DNA of 63,935 bases, counting the filler, from Octopus bimaculoides (taxonomy: Eukaryota), in the NCBI RefSeq assembly GCF_001194135.2. It is 8 parts of 8 records of this genome, joined end to end, with 100 filler letters (N's around TTAATTAATTAA, not from the genome) between each part and the next. Parts side by side here need not be neighbours in the genome. Positions count along the whole stretch, not along the records: positions 45,636 to 52,668 come from NC_068988.1; positions 52,769 to 58,785 come from NC_068985.1; positions 58,886 to 62,755 come from NW_026419094.1; positions 62,856 to 63,935 come from NW_026374632.1; 4 more parts are not named here. The stretch is one strand, 5' to 3'. This document shows, piece by piece, positions 51,480-63,935 of this stretch. The notes under the pieces are model-generated. The model ran no database searches. It was given only the letters and a program-made list of their open reading frames with translations, and was not told the DNA's origin. The translations under genes were made by a program, and so were the position numbers. The number at the start of each line of letters is the position of its first letter. Position 1 is the stretch's first letter.

Positions 51480-52044
51480 NNNNNNNNNNNNNNNNNNNNN
51501 NNNNNNNNNNNNNNNNNNNNNNNNNNNNNNNNNNNNNNNNNNNNNNNNNNNNNNNNNNNNNNNNNNNNNNNNNNNNNNNNNNNNNNNNNNNNNNNNNNNN
51601 NNNNNNNNNNNNNNNNNNNNNNNNNNNNNNNNNNNNNNNNNNNNNNNNNNNNNNNNNNNNNNNNNNNNNNNNNNNNNNNNNNNNNNNNNNNNNNNNNNNN
51701 NNNNNNNNNNNNNNNNNNNNNNNNNNNNNNNNNNNNNNNNNNNNNNNNNNNNNNNNNNNNNNNNNNNNNNNNNNNNNNNNNNNNNNNNNNNNNNNNNNNN
51801 NNNNNNNNNNNNNNNNNNNNNNNNNNNNNNNNNNNNNNNNNNNNNNNNNNNNNNNNNNNNNNNNNNNNNNNNNNNNNNNNNNNNNNNNNNNNNNNNNNNN
51901 NNNNNNNNNNNNNNNNNNNNNNNNNNNNNNNNNNNNNNNNNNNNNNNNNNNNNNNNNNNNNNNNNNNNNNNNNNNNNNNNNNNNNNNNNNNNNNNNNNNN
52001 NNNNNNNNNNNNNNNNNNNNNNNNNNNNNNNNNNNNNNNNNNNA

Positions 52045-52154
<110 letters not shown>

Positions 52155-52285
52155 TTATTATCTGAAAATACTATAGTCATTTCATGCCCCTACTCTCTAA
52201 GAATCGCCAGTTGTATATTCCCAGGGAAGATGAGTTCTACTTCAGCTTTTGTGTTCACTTTCTAGTTGTAGAACCAAGCATGCAA

Positions 52286-52330
<45 letters not shown>

Positions 52331-52603
52331 TGCGCGCACAGATAGACGCAGACACACTCTCAAAAAGGCGATGCTCCAGTATGGCCTTAGCCAGGACAGG
52401 AGAGTTACAAAAAATTAAGCTGAAATAAATAAATAGTTAAATAAATAAATAAATGGGAAATAATATTAATAAATTTGAAGAGTTCAAAGAATAAGAAGCT
52501 ACGTGGCATCGAAGGTGCAGAAACAAATGCAATCAAGTACTGCTGCAAACACACACACACATACACACACACGCAGCAGCAAACACAAGAGCTGCTGCTG
52601 CTG

Positions 52604-52668
<65 letters not shown>

Positions 52669-53229
52669 NNNNNNNNNNNNNNNNNNNNNNNNNNNNNNNN
52701 NNNNNNNNNNNNTTAATTAATTAANNNNNNNNNNNNNNNNNNNNNNNNNNNNNNNNNNNNNNNNNNNNTAGTGGTGGTGGTGGTAGTGGTGGTGGTGATG
52801 GTGGTGGTGGTACGTTTGGTAGTAGTAGTAGTAGTAGTAGTAGTAGAAGCAGCAGCAGCAGCAGCAGCAGCAGCAATGGCGGTGGTGGTAAAACGAAGTG
52901 GTAGTGTTGCTGTTGTTGTTGTTCGTGATGGTGGTGGTCGTGGTGGTGGTCGTGGTCGTCGTGATGGTGGGATGCTGGAGGTGGTAAGATGAGGTGTCGG
53001 TGCTAATTCTGGCGATTCATATGGCAGTGCAAATCCTTTGGGTAGCTAAGAAATAACCTTTTGTCACTGTGACGTCAGTACAGACATTCATGACTGCCCG
53101 TCTATCTTTCTGTCTGTCTGTCTGTCTGTCTGTATGCATGTACGTACGTACGTACGTACGTATGTATGTATGTATGTATGTATGCAGTGATGGATCGATG
53201 GATGGATCGATGGATGGATAGATGTAAAT

Positions 53230-53290
53230 GCACATAGTTCAGTGGTCAGAGCGTTGGGTTCGAAATCATGAGGTTGTAAGTTCGATTCCG
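53230..53290 (+). pseudogene. tRNA-like fragment (probably a SINE head)
   Basis: TAGTTCAGTGG (A box), TTCG loop, GTTCGATTCC (B box); no acceptor-stem pairing. Confidence 0.5.
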
Positions 53291-53979
53291 TAAAATCATA
53301 TTTAATTAGTTTAAAAGTACACAAATGTATGAAAATAATTTTTAATTCCATTAGACATTCTAAAATATTATTNNNNNNNNNNNNNNNNNNNNNNNNNNNN
53401 NNNNNNNNNNNNNNNNNNNNNNNNNNNNNNNNNNNNNNNNNNNNNNNNNNNNNNNNNNNNNNNNNNNNNNNNNNNNNNNNNNNNNNNNNNNNNNNNNNNN
53501 NNNNNNNNNNNNNNNNNNNNNNNNNNNNNNNNNNNNNNNNNNNNNNNNNNNNNNNNNNNNNNNNNNNNNNNNNNNNNNNNNNNNNNNNNNNNNNNNNNNN
53601 NNNNNNNNNNNNNNNNNNNNNNNNNNNNNNNNNNNNNNNNNNNNNNNNNNNNNNNNNNNNNNNNNNNNNNNNNNNNNNNNNNNNNNNNNNNNNNNNNNNN
53701 NNNNNNNNNNNNNNNNNNNNNNNNNNNNNNNNNNNNNNNNNNNNNNNNNNNNNNNNNNNNNNNNNNNNNNNNNNNNNNNNNNNNNNNNNNNNNNNNNNNN
53801 NNNNNNNNNNNNNNNNNNNNNNNNNNNNNNNNNNNNNNNNNNNNNNNNNNNNNNNNNNNNNNNNNNNNNNNNNNNNNNNNNNNNNNNNNNNNNNNNNNNN
53901 NNNNNNNNNNNNNNNNNNNNNNNNNNNNNNNNNNNNNNNNNNNNNNNNNNNNNNNNNNNNNNNNNNNNNNNNNNNNNAG

Positions 53980-54268
53980 GCAAAGTCGACCTCGGCGGAA
54001 TTTGAACTTAGAACGTAACGGCAGACGAAATACCTATTTCGTTATTGCCCACAAGGGGCTAAACATAGAGGGAACAAACAAGAACAGACGAACGGATTAA
54101 GTCGATTACATCGACCCCAGTGCGTAACTGGTACTTAATTTATCGACCCTGAAAGGATGAAAGGCAAAGTCGACCTCGGCGGAATTTGAACTCAGAACGT
54201 AGCGGCAGACGAAATACCGCTAAGCATTTCGGCCGGCGTGCTAACGCTTCTGCCAGTTCGCTGCCTTA
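53980..54268 (-). mobile_element. SINE family A dimer (second unit runs into a gap)
   Basis: CAAAGTCGACCTCGGCGGAATTTGAAC occurs twice (53981, 54166); head ...GCCAGTTCGCTGCCTTA. Confidence 0.92.
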
Positions 54269-54535
54269 CGGCGCTAAAGATATTAACTAATAACAATAGG
54301 CACGAGGTCAAAAATTTAGATTGGCTGGCAAGTTTAGTTTATAAATACCTACAGTATCTTACTGTTACATTCTTTTATCGACAATTAAATGATTGAAAAC
54401 AATGTTGATCATGGTAGGACTTGAGCTCAGAATGCCAACAGCCGTAATAAGTACAGTAGCATAGTTTTGTCGAACCTCCTAATGGTTCTGCTAATCCACC
54501 GTCCTTATTACACCTACATTTTATATCATCACCAT

Positions 54536-54611
<76 letters not shown>

Positions 54612-55204
54612 CTTAAAATAACATGACATGATCTTAAAATGTATTTCTTATAGGAGCAAAAATACGATTCCGCTGCGATTTTAATGATTTGTACGTTATA
54701 GTTACCTCCCTTGAAATTCTGTAGTCCCATGATGAAACAGAAATTTCTTTTGTAAGAGTTATTTCCCTTGTACTTTCAACGGCCTTTTTTTATTATTTTT
54801 TTTTTATTCTAACGATGGTAGCGATTTAGTGTTGACAATGACCTGTTGCAATTAGCACAGCTAGTAAAATATAAAAAATATGAAGAATTTGTGAATAATT
54901 CCCTTTTCTGTAACTCATTAACTTTTTACTTGACTTCATTTATTGGTATACAACTGTGCTGGGGCGTTAGCTTCAAGCGTTTAGCTTCTCAAATAGATTC
55001 GAATGAATATTTTGACGCCGGGATTTGATTTAGCATACCTACACAAGTGTACACCTGTCCTGATTTCCTTTGCTCATAACTCTCAAAAGAATGGATATTC
55101 TTAATGCAATTTTTTTTACATCAGAGGGAGCACATAATTACTATATCGGAATTTTAATATGGAACAGCATGGTCAACGCACACACATACATACGGACGCA
55201 CATC

Positions 55205-55490
55205 AGAAATCGACCCTAGGGCTTAATCTTTGAAAGCCTAGTCCTTATTCTATCGGATTCTTTTGCCGAACTGCTATGTTACAGGGACGGAAACACGCCA
55301 ACATCAATTGTAAAGCGATGGTTGGACGCGGGGGTAAACACAGACACAAAGACGTACAAATAGAGGTATGCACATGTATACGGCGGGCTTCTTTCAGTTT
55401 CCGTCTACCATATCCAGTCACAAGGCTTTGGTCGGCCCGAGGCTATAGTGGAAGACACTTGCTAAAGGTGCCATGCAGTGGGAATGACGC
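55205..55490 (-). mobile_element. SINE family B, partial
   Basis: ATCGACCCTAGGGCTTAATC...CGGCGGGCTTCTTTCAGTTTCCG...GGTGCCATGCAGTGGG. Confidence 0.85.
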
Positions 55491-56220
55491 AGGCGTTCGA
55501 TCATGTAAAACAAATAATAAATGAGTATATGCATATATACGTACAGGTATGTGCATATCTACGTCTACCTGTATATATAGGTGCATATCTGGGTACAGGG
55601 CATTGCAAACAAAACGTATACAAAAAAATAATAATAACCAGACTACAGAACACTGCATGCATGCATGTATGTATGAATGTATGTATGTATGTATGTATGT
55701 ATGTATGTATGTATGTATGTATGTATGTATGTGTGTGTATGTATGCATGTATGTATGTATGAATGTATGCATGTATGTATGTATGTATGAATGTATGCAT
55801 GTATGTATGTATGTATGAATGTATGCATGTANNNNNNNNNNNNNNNNNNNNNNNNNNNNNNNNNNNNNNNNNNNNNNNNNNNNNNNNNNNNNNNNNNNNN
55901 NNNNNNNNNNNNNNNNNNNNNNNNNNNNNNNNNNNNNNNNNNNNNNNNNNNNNNNNNNNNNNNNNNNNNNNNNNNNNNNNNNTGTGTGTGTGTGTGTGTT
56001 TGTGTGTGTGTGGTGGGGAAGGAAATACATTCTGGTACTTGGCGGACAGAGCCGTTCGTTGGATATCTTCCAATTTCTATACTAAACATTACAATTCAAG
56101 GGAGACAACTACGGTATAACTCTGTGATGGAGGGATGGGAAATTTCTCTGTATTGTTCTGAATGTAGCCGATTGCATATTTGGTTTTCAAACTGACAACT
56201 TCACACATACGGTACACGCT

Positions 56221-56255
<35 letters not shown>

Positions 56256-56284
56256 GTGAGTGTGTGTGTGCGTATTCTTCCTAT

Positions 56285-56502
56285 TCTTTTATTCTTTTCT
56301 TTGTTTCAGTCGTTTGACTGCTGCCATACTGGAGCACCGCCTTTAGTCGAACAAATCGACCCCAGAACTTATTCTTTGTAAGCCTAGTACTTATTCTATC
56401 GGATTCTCTTGCCGAACCGCTAAGTGACGGGGGACTAAACACACCAGCATCGCTTGTCAAGCGATGTTGGGGGACAAACACAGACACACAAACATATATA
56501 TA
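56285..56502 (-). mobile_element. SINE family B, tail half (head lost in gap)
   Basis: TTGTTTCAGTCGTTTGACTGCTGCC...GGACAAACACAGACACACAAACATATATA, then N. Confidence 0.9.
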
Positions 56503-57096
56503 NNNNNNNNNNNNNNNNNNNNNNNNNNNNNNNNNNNNNNNNNNNNNNNNNNNNNNNNNNNNNNNNNNNNNNNNNNNNNNNNNNNNNNNNNNNNNNNNNN
56601 NNNNNNNNNNNNNNNNNNNNNNNNNNNNNNNNNNNNNNNNNNNNNNNNNNNNNNNNNNNNNNNNNNNNNNNNNNNNNNNNNNNNNNNNNNNNNNNNNNNN
56701 NNNNNNNNNNNNNNNNNNNNNNNNNNNNNNNNNNNNNNNNNNNNNNNNNNNNNNNNNNNNNNNNNNNNNNNNNNNNNNNNNNNNNNNNNNNNNNNNNNNN
56801 NNNNNNNNNNNNNNNNNNNNNNNNNNNNNNNNNNNNNNNNNNNNNNNNNNNNNNNNNNNNNNNNNNNNNNNNNNNNNNNNNNNNNNNNNNNNNNNNNNNN
56901 NNNNNNNNNNNNNNNNNNNNNNNNNNNNNNNNNNNNNNNNNNNNNNNNNNNNNNNNNNNNNNNNNNNNNNNNGCTATTTGGATTTGGTGCTTCTTTTATC
57001 GATCTTTTAAGGGATTTCAACTCAAGAATTTATATATATTTTGAGAACCTTACGCGCATACACAAACACATACTTTTATGTACACGTATGTGTGTG

Positions 57097-57134
<38 letters not shown>

Positions 57135-57223
57135 CATATATATACATACATACATATATACATACATATATACATATAGATAGAGAGAGAGAGAGAGAGA
57201 CATTCATATAGAAACACACACAG

Positions 57224-57341
<118 letters not shown>

Positions 57342-57404
57342 ACATGCATACGTATATATGTATGTGTGTGCGTGTATGTATGTATGTATATCTCTATGTT
57401 ATTT

Positions 57405-57527
57405 TCAGCTCTAGGCACAAAGCCCGAGATTTGGGGGAGGGGGCCAGAAGATGAGATCGACCCCAGTACGCACTTGGTACTTAATTTAGCGACCCCGAAA
57501 GGATGAAAAGCGGAATTTGAACTCATA
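57405..57527 (-). mobile_element. SINE family A fragment
   Basis: CTAGGCACAAAGCCCGAGATTTGGGG...GACCCCGAAAGGATGAAAAGCGGAATTTGAACTC. Confidence 0.8.
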
Positions 57528-57539
57528 TCTCTGTATATT

Positions 57540-57935
57540 CTGTTACTCTTTTACTTATTTCAGTCATTTGATTGTGGCCATGCTGCAGCACCTCTTTGAA
57601 GGGTTTCTAGTCGAATGAATCGCCCGACAGTACTTACTTCTATTTCAAAGCCTGGTACTTATTCTATCGGACCCTTTTTTGCCGAACCGCTAAGTTACGG
57701 GGACGAAAACACACCATTACCAGCGGTCAAGCGGTGAAGAGGGTGGGACAAACACAGACACAAAGACACACACACACAGATACATCCATATACACGACGG
57801 GCTTCTTTCAGTTTCCGTCTACCAAATCCACTCACAAGGCTTTGGTCTGCCCGAGGCTACGGTGGAAGACACTTGCTGAAGGTGCCATGCAGTGGGACTA
57901 AACCTGGGACCATGTGGTTGGGAAACAAACTTCAT
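57540..57935 (-). mobile_element. SINE family B, near full length
   Basis: TCTTTTACTTATTTCAGTCATTTG...GACGGGCTTCTTTCAG...CCATGTGGTTGGGAA. Confidence 0.88.
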
Positions 57936-58209
57936 TATTTCCTAAAGGCATTACATAGAGGGGACAAACAAAGACAAGCAGACATAGCCAAACAGCCATG
58001 CGTATGTGTGTGTATGTGTGCGTACGCGCGCGCATGTGTATACATACATACACACACCCACACACCCACACACACATTCGTCCATATAAATCCGTGTGTG
58101 TGCGTATGTGTGTCCGTGCGGGTGTATGACTGTATGCACATGGTGTTCGTGGATTTATGTACATAAGTACATGTACATAGAGACAAACGTAGAGCTGGCT
58201 GTCTATATA

Positions 58210-58244
<35 letters not shown>

Positions 58245-58576
58245 AATACACTATTGACCGTACATCACAAGGTCATTATTAATTCGATGTTGCTGACGGG
58301 CATCGATTGCTGCATTTGAAATAAATAATTTATCAATGTTTCTATGGAAGGCCTTGATAAACACCGTAACTTCTACATCCTGGCAGCGGTGAAAGTATTT
58401 TAATGGACGAGGCAGATCTAGTCATTAATTATTCATCAATAATTAAGTCTAATGAGTTGGTGGTTGATCGTGCATAAAACTTGCGGCATTTTACATATTG
58501 AACGAGATATACTGAATTAAGCTGTCAGTATTTCTAATCAGTTTGTTTTCTTTGTGTGCGTGTGTGTATGTATGTA

Positions 58577-58607
<31 letters not shown>

Positions 58608-58649
58608 ATTCATAAATATATATACACACATTAATATGCACATGTATAT

Positions 58650-58706
<57 letters not shown>

Positions 58707-58753
58707 CATATCAGTGTTTGAATGTTTTGCTTATACATGTATACATTATACAT

Positions 58754-58785
<32 letters not shown>

Positions 58786-58885
58786 NNNNNNNNNNNNNNN
58801 NNNNNNNNNNNNNNNNNNNNNNNNNNNNNTTAATTAATTAANNNNNNNNNNNNNNNNNNNNNNNNNNNNNNNNNNNNNNNNNNNN

Positions 58886-59449
58886 CTTACTTCTTTCCAC
58901 AAGGCTTTAGAATTAACTCTGCCGTCTGCATTGAGGTTCTGGAAATAATTGTTAAACCCTGGATAGACGGTATATGCAATGGAAGGCCATATGTGTTTCA
59001 GTAAGACTCTGCGCTATCACACATGGCTCTAGTAACACAGGAATTTTTTTTTTCTTGCCTTTAACCCTCCAACGCGGAGTATAGGTTACTTAAAATTGAA
59101 TTCCATGTCGCATAATCTTTCGCTTCTGTACTTATACTCTGCCATGAATGTCCCCCTTTCTCTAGTTCCTTTTGTGTTGATCTACGCCACAAGTTCTTAG
59201 GCCTACCCCTCTTTCTATATCCATCCGGATTCCACTAACACAGGAATGGATGGCTGAAAATGTTCATGATCACACAACCCCTGACATTTGGCCTCCTAAT
59301 TCCACAGATCTCAATCCATTGGACTATTACATGTGGAGCGTTGTTGAGAGAGAGGTCAATGAACACACCCATAACACCAAAGATTCTTTGAAAGCTGCCA
59401 TAGTCAGAGTAATGTCCAAAATGAACCAGGACCGCTTGATTCGAGCATG
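58886..59449 (+). mobile_element. DD37D (maT-type) transposase fragment interrupted by an RTE insertion
   Basis: VKPWID...YVFQ*DSALSHMALVTQE|WMAENVHDHTTPDIWPPNSTDLNPLDYYMWSVVE. After removing the insert, 37 residues separate the two Asp residues. Confidence 0.9.
59045..59235 (-). mobile_element. 5'-truncated RTE-clade LINE with poly(A) tail and 12-bp TSD
   Basis: Open frame WNPDGYRKRGRPKNLWRRSTQKELEK...W...*; A10 tail; TAACACAGGAAT at 59033-59044 and 59236-59247. Confidence 0.9.
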
Positions 59450-60364
59450 NNNNNNNNNNNNNNNNNNNNNNNNNNNNNNNNNNNNNNNNNNNNNNNNNNN
59501 NNNNNNNNNNNNNNNNNNNNNNNNNNNNNNNNNNNNNNNNNNNNNNNNNNNNNNNNNNNNNNNNNNNNNNNNNNNNNNNNNNNNNNNNNNNNNNNNNNNN
59601 NNNNNNNNNNNNNNNNNNNNNNNNNNNNNNNNNNNNNNNNNNNNNNNNNNNNNNNNNNNNNNNNNNNNNNNNNNNNNNNNNNNNNNNNNNNNNNNNNNNN
59701 NNNNNNNNNNNNNNNNNNNNNNNNNNNNNNNNNNNNNNNNNNNNNNNNNNNNNNNNNNNNNNNNNNNNNNNNNNNNNNNNNNNNNNNNNNNNNNNNNNNN
59801 NNNNNNNNNNNNNNNNNNNNNNNNNNNNNNNNNNNNNNNNNNNNNNNNNNNNNNNNNNNNNNNNNNNNNNNNNNNNNNNNNNNNNNNNNNNNNNNNNNNN
59901 NNNNNNNNNNNNNNNNNNNNNNNNNNNNNNNNNNNNNNNNNNNNNNNNNNNNNNNNNNNNNNNNNNNNNNNNNNNNNNNNNNNNNNNNNNNNNNNNNNNN
60001 NNNNNNNNNNNNNNNNNNNNNNNNNNNNNNNNNNNNNNNNNNNNNNNNNNNNNNNNNNNNNNNNNNNNNNNNNNNNNNNNNNNNNNNNNNNNNNNNNNNN
60101 NNNNNNNNNNNNNNNNNNNNNNNNNNNNNNNNNNNNNNNNNNNNNNNNNNNNNNNNNNNNNNNNNATATATATATATATATATATATGCATGCTTGCTCA
60201 GTAGGCACAGTATGACCAAAGAAGTTCACTTCACAACCACAAAATTCCAGGTTCGACTCCACTGCGTGGTACCGTAGGCGTTTGTTATTTTCTAGGTATG
60301 AGATATTTTGGCACAGCCGTTTGGAGCCGCTGATTCGACGTTGACTTATTTGACATCACATATT

Positions 60365-60870
60365 TGAATATTTCCCCGATATCTCCTTCTCTCTTTCTTT
60401 CCTTCTCTCCTTCTCTCTCCTTCCCTCCTTCTCTCTCCTTCCCTCACTCTCCTTCTCTCTCTTCTTTCTCTCTCTCTCTCTCTCTGTCTCCTTTCTCTCT
60501 CCTTCTCTCACTCTTCTTTCTCTCTCTCCTTCTCTCTATCCCACTCTCTCCTTCACTCTCTCTCCTTCACTCTCTCCTTCACTCTCTCTCCTTCACTCTC
60601 TCTCCTTCACTCTCTCTCTTTCACTCTCTCTCCTTCACTCTCTCTCTCCTCACTCTCTCTCCTTCACTCTCTCTCCTTCACTCTCTCTCCTTCACTCTCT
60701 CTCCTTCTCTCTCCTCTTCTCTCCCCTTCTGTTTCTTATGTTTCTGTTTCTCTCTCTCCGTCTCCCTCCTCTCTCCTTTTTCTCTCTTCTCTCTCTCTTC
60801 TGTCTCTGTTTCTTTCTCTCCTCGCTTTTCCTCTTCTCTCTGTCTCTCCCTTTCTCTCTCTCCCTCTGTT
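60365..60870. repeat. Polypyrimidine tract containing a CTCTCTCTCCTTCA-type 14-bp minisatellite
   Basis: Directly visible; the tandem 14-mers are concentrated at about 60545-60705. Confidence 0.9.
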
Positions 60871-60964
60871 TATGTTGGTGAGCACATTTCTCGTTATGCA
60901 TATTAGGAGTGAGAAAGTCTTTATATCAAGCGTGTTCAGCTAACAACTAATAACTTACTCTCTC

Positions 60965-61006
<42 letters not shown>

Positions 61007-61885
61007 ACATACGTACACTCATACACTCCTACACTTTCTGTCGATCCCTTTCAGTATATTTGTCTTTATGTGCCTCAGGGAAACGAAAGGGATCATGCCA
61101 ATCAATTTCAATTGATAATTTGTAATGTCTTTCTCAACCTTTCTATCTGTATGCGGATGTGNNNNNNNNNNNNNNNNNNNNNNNNNNNNNNNNNNNNNNN
61201 NNNNNNNNNNNNNNNNNNNNNNNNNNNNNNNNNNNNNNNNNNNNNNNNNNNNNNNNNNNNNNNNNNNNNNNNNNNNNNNNNNNNNNNNNNNNNNNNNNNN
61301 NNNNNNNNNNNNNNNNNNNNNNNNNNNNNNNNNNNNNNNNNNNNNNNNNNNNNNNNNNNNNNNNNNNNNNNNNNNNNNNNNNNNNNNNNNNNNNNNNNNN
61401 NNNNNNNNNNNNNNNNNNNNNNNNNNNNNNNNNNNNNNNNNNNNNNNNNNNNNNNNNNNNNNNNNNNNNNNNNNNNNNNNNNNNNNNNNNNNNNNNNNNN
61501 NNNNNNNNNNNNNNNNNNNNNNNNNNNNNNNNNNNNNNNNNNNNNNNNNNNNNNNNNNNNNNNNNNNNNNNNNNNNNNNNNNNNNNNNNNNNNNNNNNNN
61601 NNNNNNNNNNNNNNNNNNNNNNNNNNNNNNNNNNNNNNNNNNNNNNNNNNNNNNNNNNNNNNNNNNNNNNNNNNNNNNNNNNNNNNNNNNNNNNNNNNNN
61701 NNNNNNNNNNNNNNNNNNNNNNNNNNNNNNNNNNNNNNNNNNNNNNNNNNNNNNNNNNNNNNNNNNNNNNNNNNNNNNNNNNNNNNNNNNNNNNNNNNNN
61801 NNNNNNNNNNNNNNNNNNNNNNNNNNNNNNNNNNNNNNNNNNNNNNNNNNNNNNNNNNNNNNNNNNNNNNNNNNNNNNNNNNNNC

Positions 61886-62150
61886 TAAAGCTCCACGAGG
61901 CTCCGGCAGGGGATGGTGGCGAACCCTGCTGTACTCTTCCACCACAACTTTCTCTCACTCTTACTTCCTGCTGTGCCTGTAATTCAAAGGGTCAGCCTTG
62001 TCACACTGTGTCACGCTGAATATCCCCGAGAACTACGTTAAGGGTACACGTGTCTGTGGAGTGCTCAGCCACTTGCACGTTAATTTCACGAGCAGGCTGT
62101 TCCGTTGATCGGATCAACTGGAACCCTCGACGCCGTAAGCGACGGAGTGA
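61886..62150 (+). mobile_element. SINE family C (head lost in gap)
   Basis: CTAAAGCTCCACGAGGCTCCGGCAGG...CGACGCCGTAAGCGACGGAGTG; matches 37005-37280. Confidence 0.92.
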
Positions 62151-62249
62151 CAACAAAAAATTGGTAATGATGGCGCTGCCGCTACTACTGCTGTTAGTCC
62201 TACTGGTGCTGGTGAAACTGGTAGCCGTGTCTTGCACCACCGTAGATGT

Positions 62250-62480
62250 GTTGCAAAGAAGTCCTACATCCTCAGTGAAGCAAGAGTCTCTGAGCCTTTC
62301 CTGTCTCCATTTGATGCTATGTGCTATAGATGTTCCATGGATCTCTTTCTGATGAAATTCACTACCAAATGAAAGAGGAAATGAGACAGCGCTTATCCCA
62401 GACGTACCCCAGACGTCGAACTTCTTGATAATCCAGTCTTTCGGTCTGTAGCAGAAGCAGATGAGGTGGAACGAGGTGAG
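62250..62480 (-). mobile_element. Possible decayed RTE ORF2 fragment
   Basis: KKFDVW / DKRCL...IW..ISSE / IKWRQERL loosely follow the RTE pattern KLDxFExRCLRRILxIxWxxxISNE...IKxRRLRW. Confidence 0.3.
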
Positions 62481-62855
62481 AAATGAGGCCAAGCAAAGTT
62501 CATCGATGTTCAGAGTTTCAAAGACGGAGAGGTTCTGAAATTAAATACGACAGGTGGCTCTTTATGTTTGTTGAAATGCGATGGTTATAGAACTTAGAAA
62601 TTCCGAACACTGAGAGAAATTAATAGAATGGTTAGGCATGGTTTGAAATGAATAAAACCATGAATCGTCTCGAAGTGTGTTGAAGAATACGGCGTTTGTC
62701 TTTGTAGAAAAAATTCATCCCCACAAACATAACCCCGTCACCCGGTGACTGTTTCNNNNNNNNNNNNNNNNNNNNNNNNNNNNNNNNNNNNNNNNNNNNT
62801 TAATTAATTAANNNNNNNNNNNNNNNNNNNNNNNNNNNNNNNNNNNNNNNNNNNN

Positions 62856-63170
62856 GTGGTCTTTTCCGTAGGCTTTTCTTTCCACGGATAAAGCTAATCT
62901 TGCTTCTTACATTTAAAAATTTTCTTCTGTGATGCATGATCCCTTTTGATCGATTTGTCACTACAAAAGCATTCACCATAGCTTTCTGTGCTGATCGCAG
63001 GCTTTTGAAATATTTAGACCTTGAGAAGAGGTGTGACGCGATTTCATGGAATGGATTTTGGCTTCCGGATCATAAGGAAAATCAGGAGGGAAAAACGTGT
63101 CTTCATTGATTTCAAACGCTTCTAGCATATCAGAACAGACTGTTTCCTGTCCGAACATAGACACTGTACA
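62856..63170 (-). mobile_element. Decayed mariner transposase fragment with internal deletion
   Basis: CSDMLEAFEINEDTFF...YDPEAKIHSMKSRHTSS resembles the mariner motif YDPETKxQSxxWRHxxS. Confidence 0.55.
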
Positions 63171-63427
63171 CATGCAAGCATAGCTACATACATAAACTCA
63201 CCCACATATAACATATAACGGGCTTCTATACAGTTTCCATCAACCAAATTTCATTCTCGAGACATTGGTCAAGCTAAAGCTAGAGTAGAAGACACTTGCT
63301 CAAGTACCATGTCGTGGGACCGAACCGGCAACGTCGTCGTAAGAAATACAAAATACATTTTTATATCAGAGGATGGAAGAGAAAAAGAGTAAAGGAGCGA
63401 GTGAAAGAGAGGAGTCAGAAGGAGAAC

Positions 63428-63458
<31 letters not shown>

Positions 63459-63504
63459 AGAGAGAGAGAAGGAGAAAGGGGAAAGAGAGAGAGAGAGAGA
63501 AACG

Positions 63505-63540
<36 letters not shown>

Positions 63541-63935
63541 GAGATAGAAAGAGATAGAGAGAGAGACGGCTGGGGAAACACTACAATTGATGAGTGTTTC
63601 GTAGTTGCACAGTGCATGATATTAAGAAACTTGTCAGTGGGTCAATGTCATTTAAGGATGTGGAGATGTTAGAATATAAACAAAGGGACAGAATTTCTTA
63701 TCTCGAAAAAGACTTCCAGAATTTATATTATATCTACTTGAAAATCGACTCAGCTAATTTGGCTAATGTTCTTCAAAACGGCACGAATATTAAGGTTGGT
63801 CTTGTAGCCAGGAACATTCGAAGCGCATGATGTTGACGATAATGATAATGATCATCACTACCATCACCATCATCACCATGACATATCTGTGTCTGTTATT
63901 TATACTCTTTTACTCTTTTACTTGTTTCAGTCATT

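Noticed and set aside
53230-53290. Functional tRNA-Arg gene
   Set aside because: No acceptor stem; consistent with an isolated SINE head.

Overview
This is an AT-rich, gap-riddled eukaryotic (animal) scaffold segment made almost entirely of transposon debris and microsatellites. The SINE repertoire and the dense (TA)n/(TATG)n/(TAA)n/(CA)n/(AG)n tracts look like an Octopus (coleoid cephalopod) genome; that is pattern recognition, not a database result. I recognise no host protein-coding gene, rRNA, intact tRNA or CRISPR array, and nearly all listed ORFs are microsatellite or N-gap translations. Supported content: (1) three tRNA-derived SINE families, labelled A, B and C here; (2) non-LTR fragments of CR1, RTE, L1/Tx1 and at least five R4/Dong-like (RLE) elements, several ending in (TAA)n; (3) Penelope-like element (PLE) remnants, one carrying a minimal type I hammerhead ribozyme motif; (4) Tc1/mariner fragments (mariner-type and DD37D) and a pogo/Tigger-like MITE. 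The most interesting signals are the hammerhead motif (8355-8399, minus strand), R4/Dong elements tied to (TAA)n arrays, a young RTE insertion with a 12-bp target-site duplication (TSD) inside a DD37D transposase, and a perfect 22-bp-arm palindrome of telomeric repeats (45710-45755). I did not find a convincing wholly new biological system. Element boundaries are by eye and approximate unless exact sequence is quoted.
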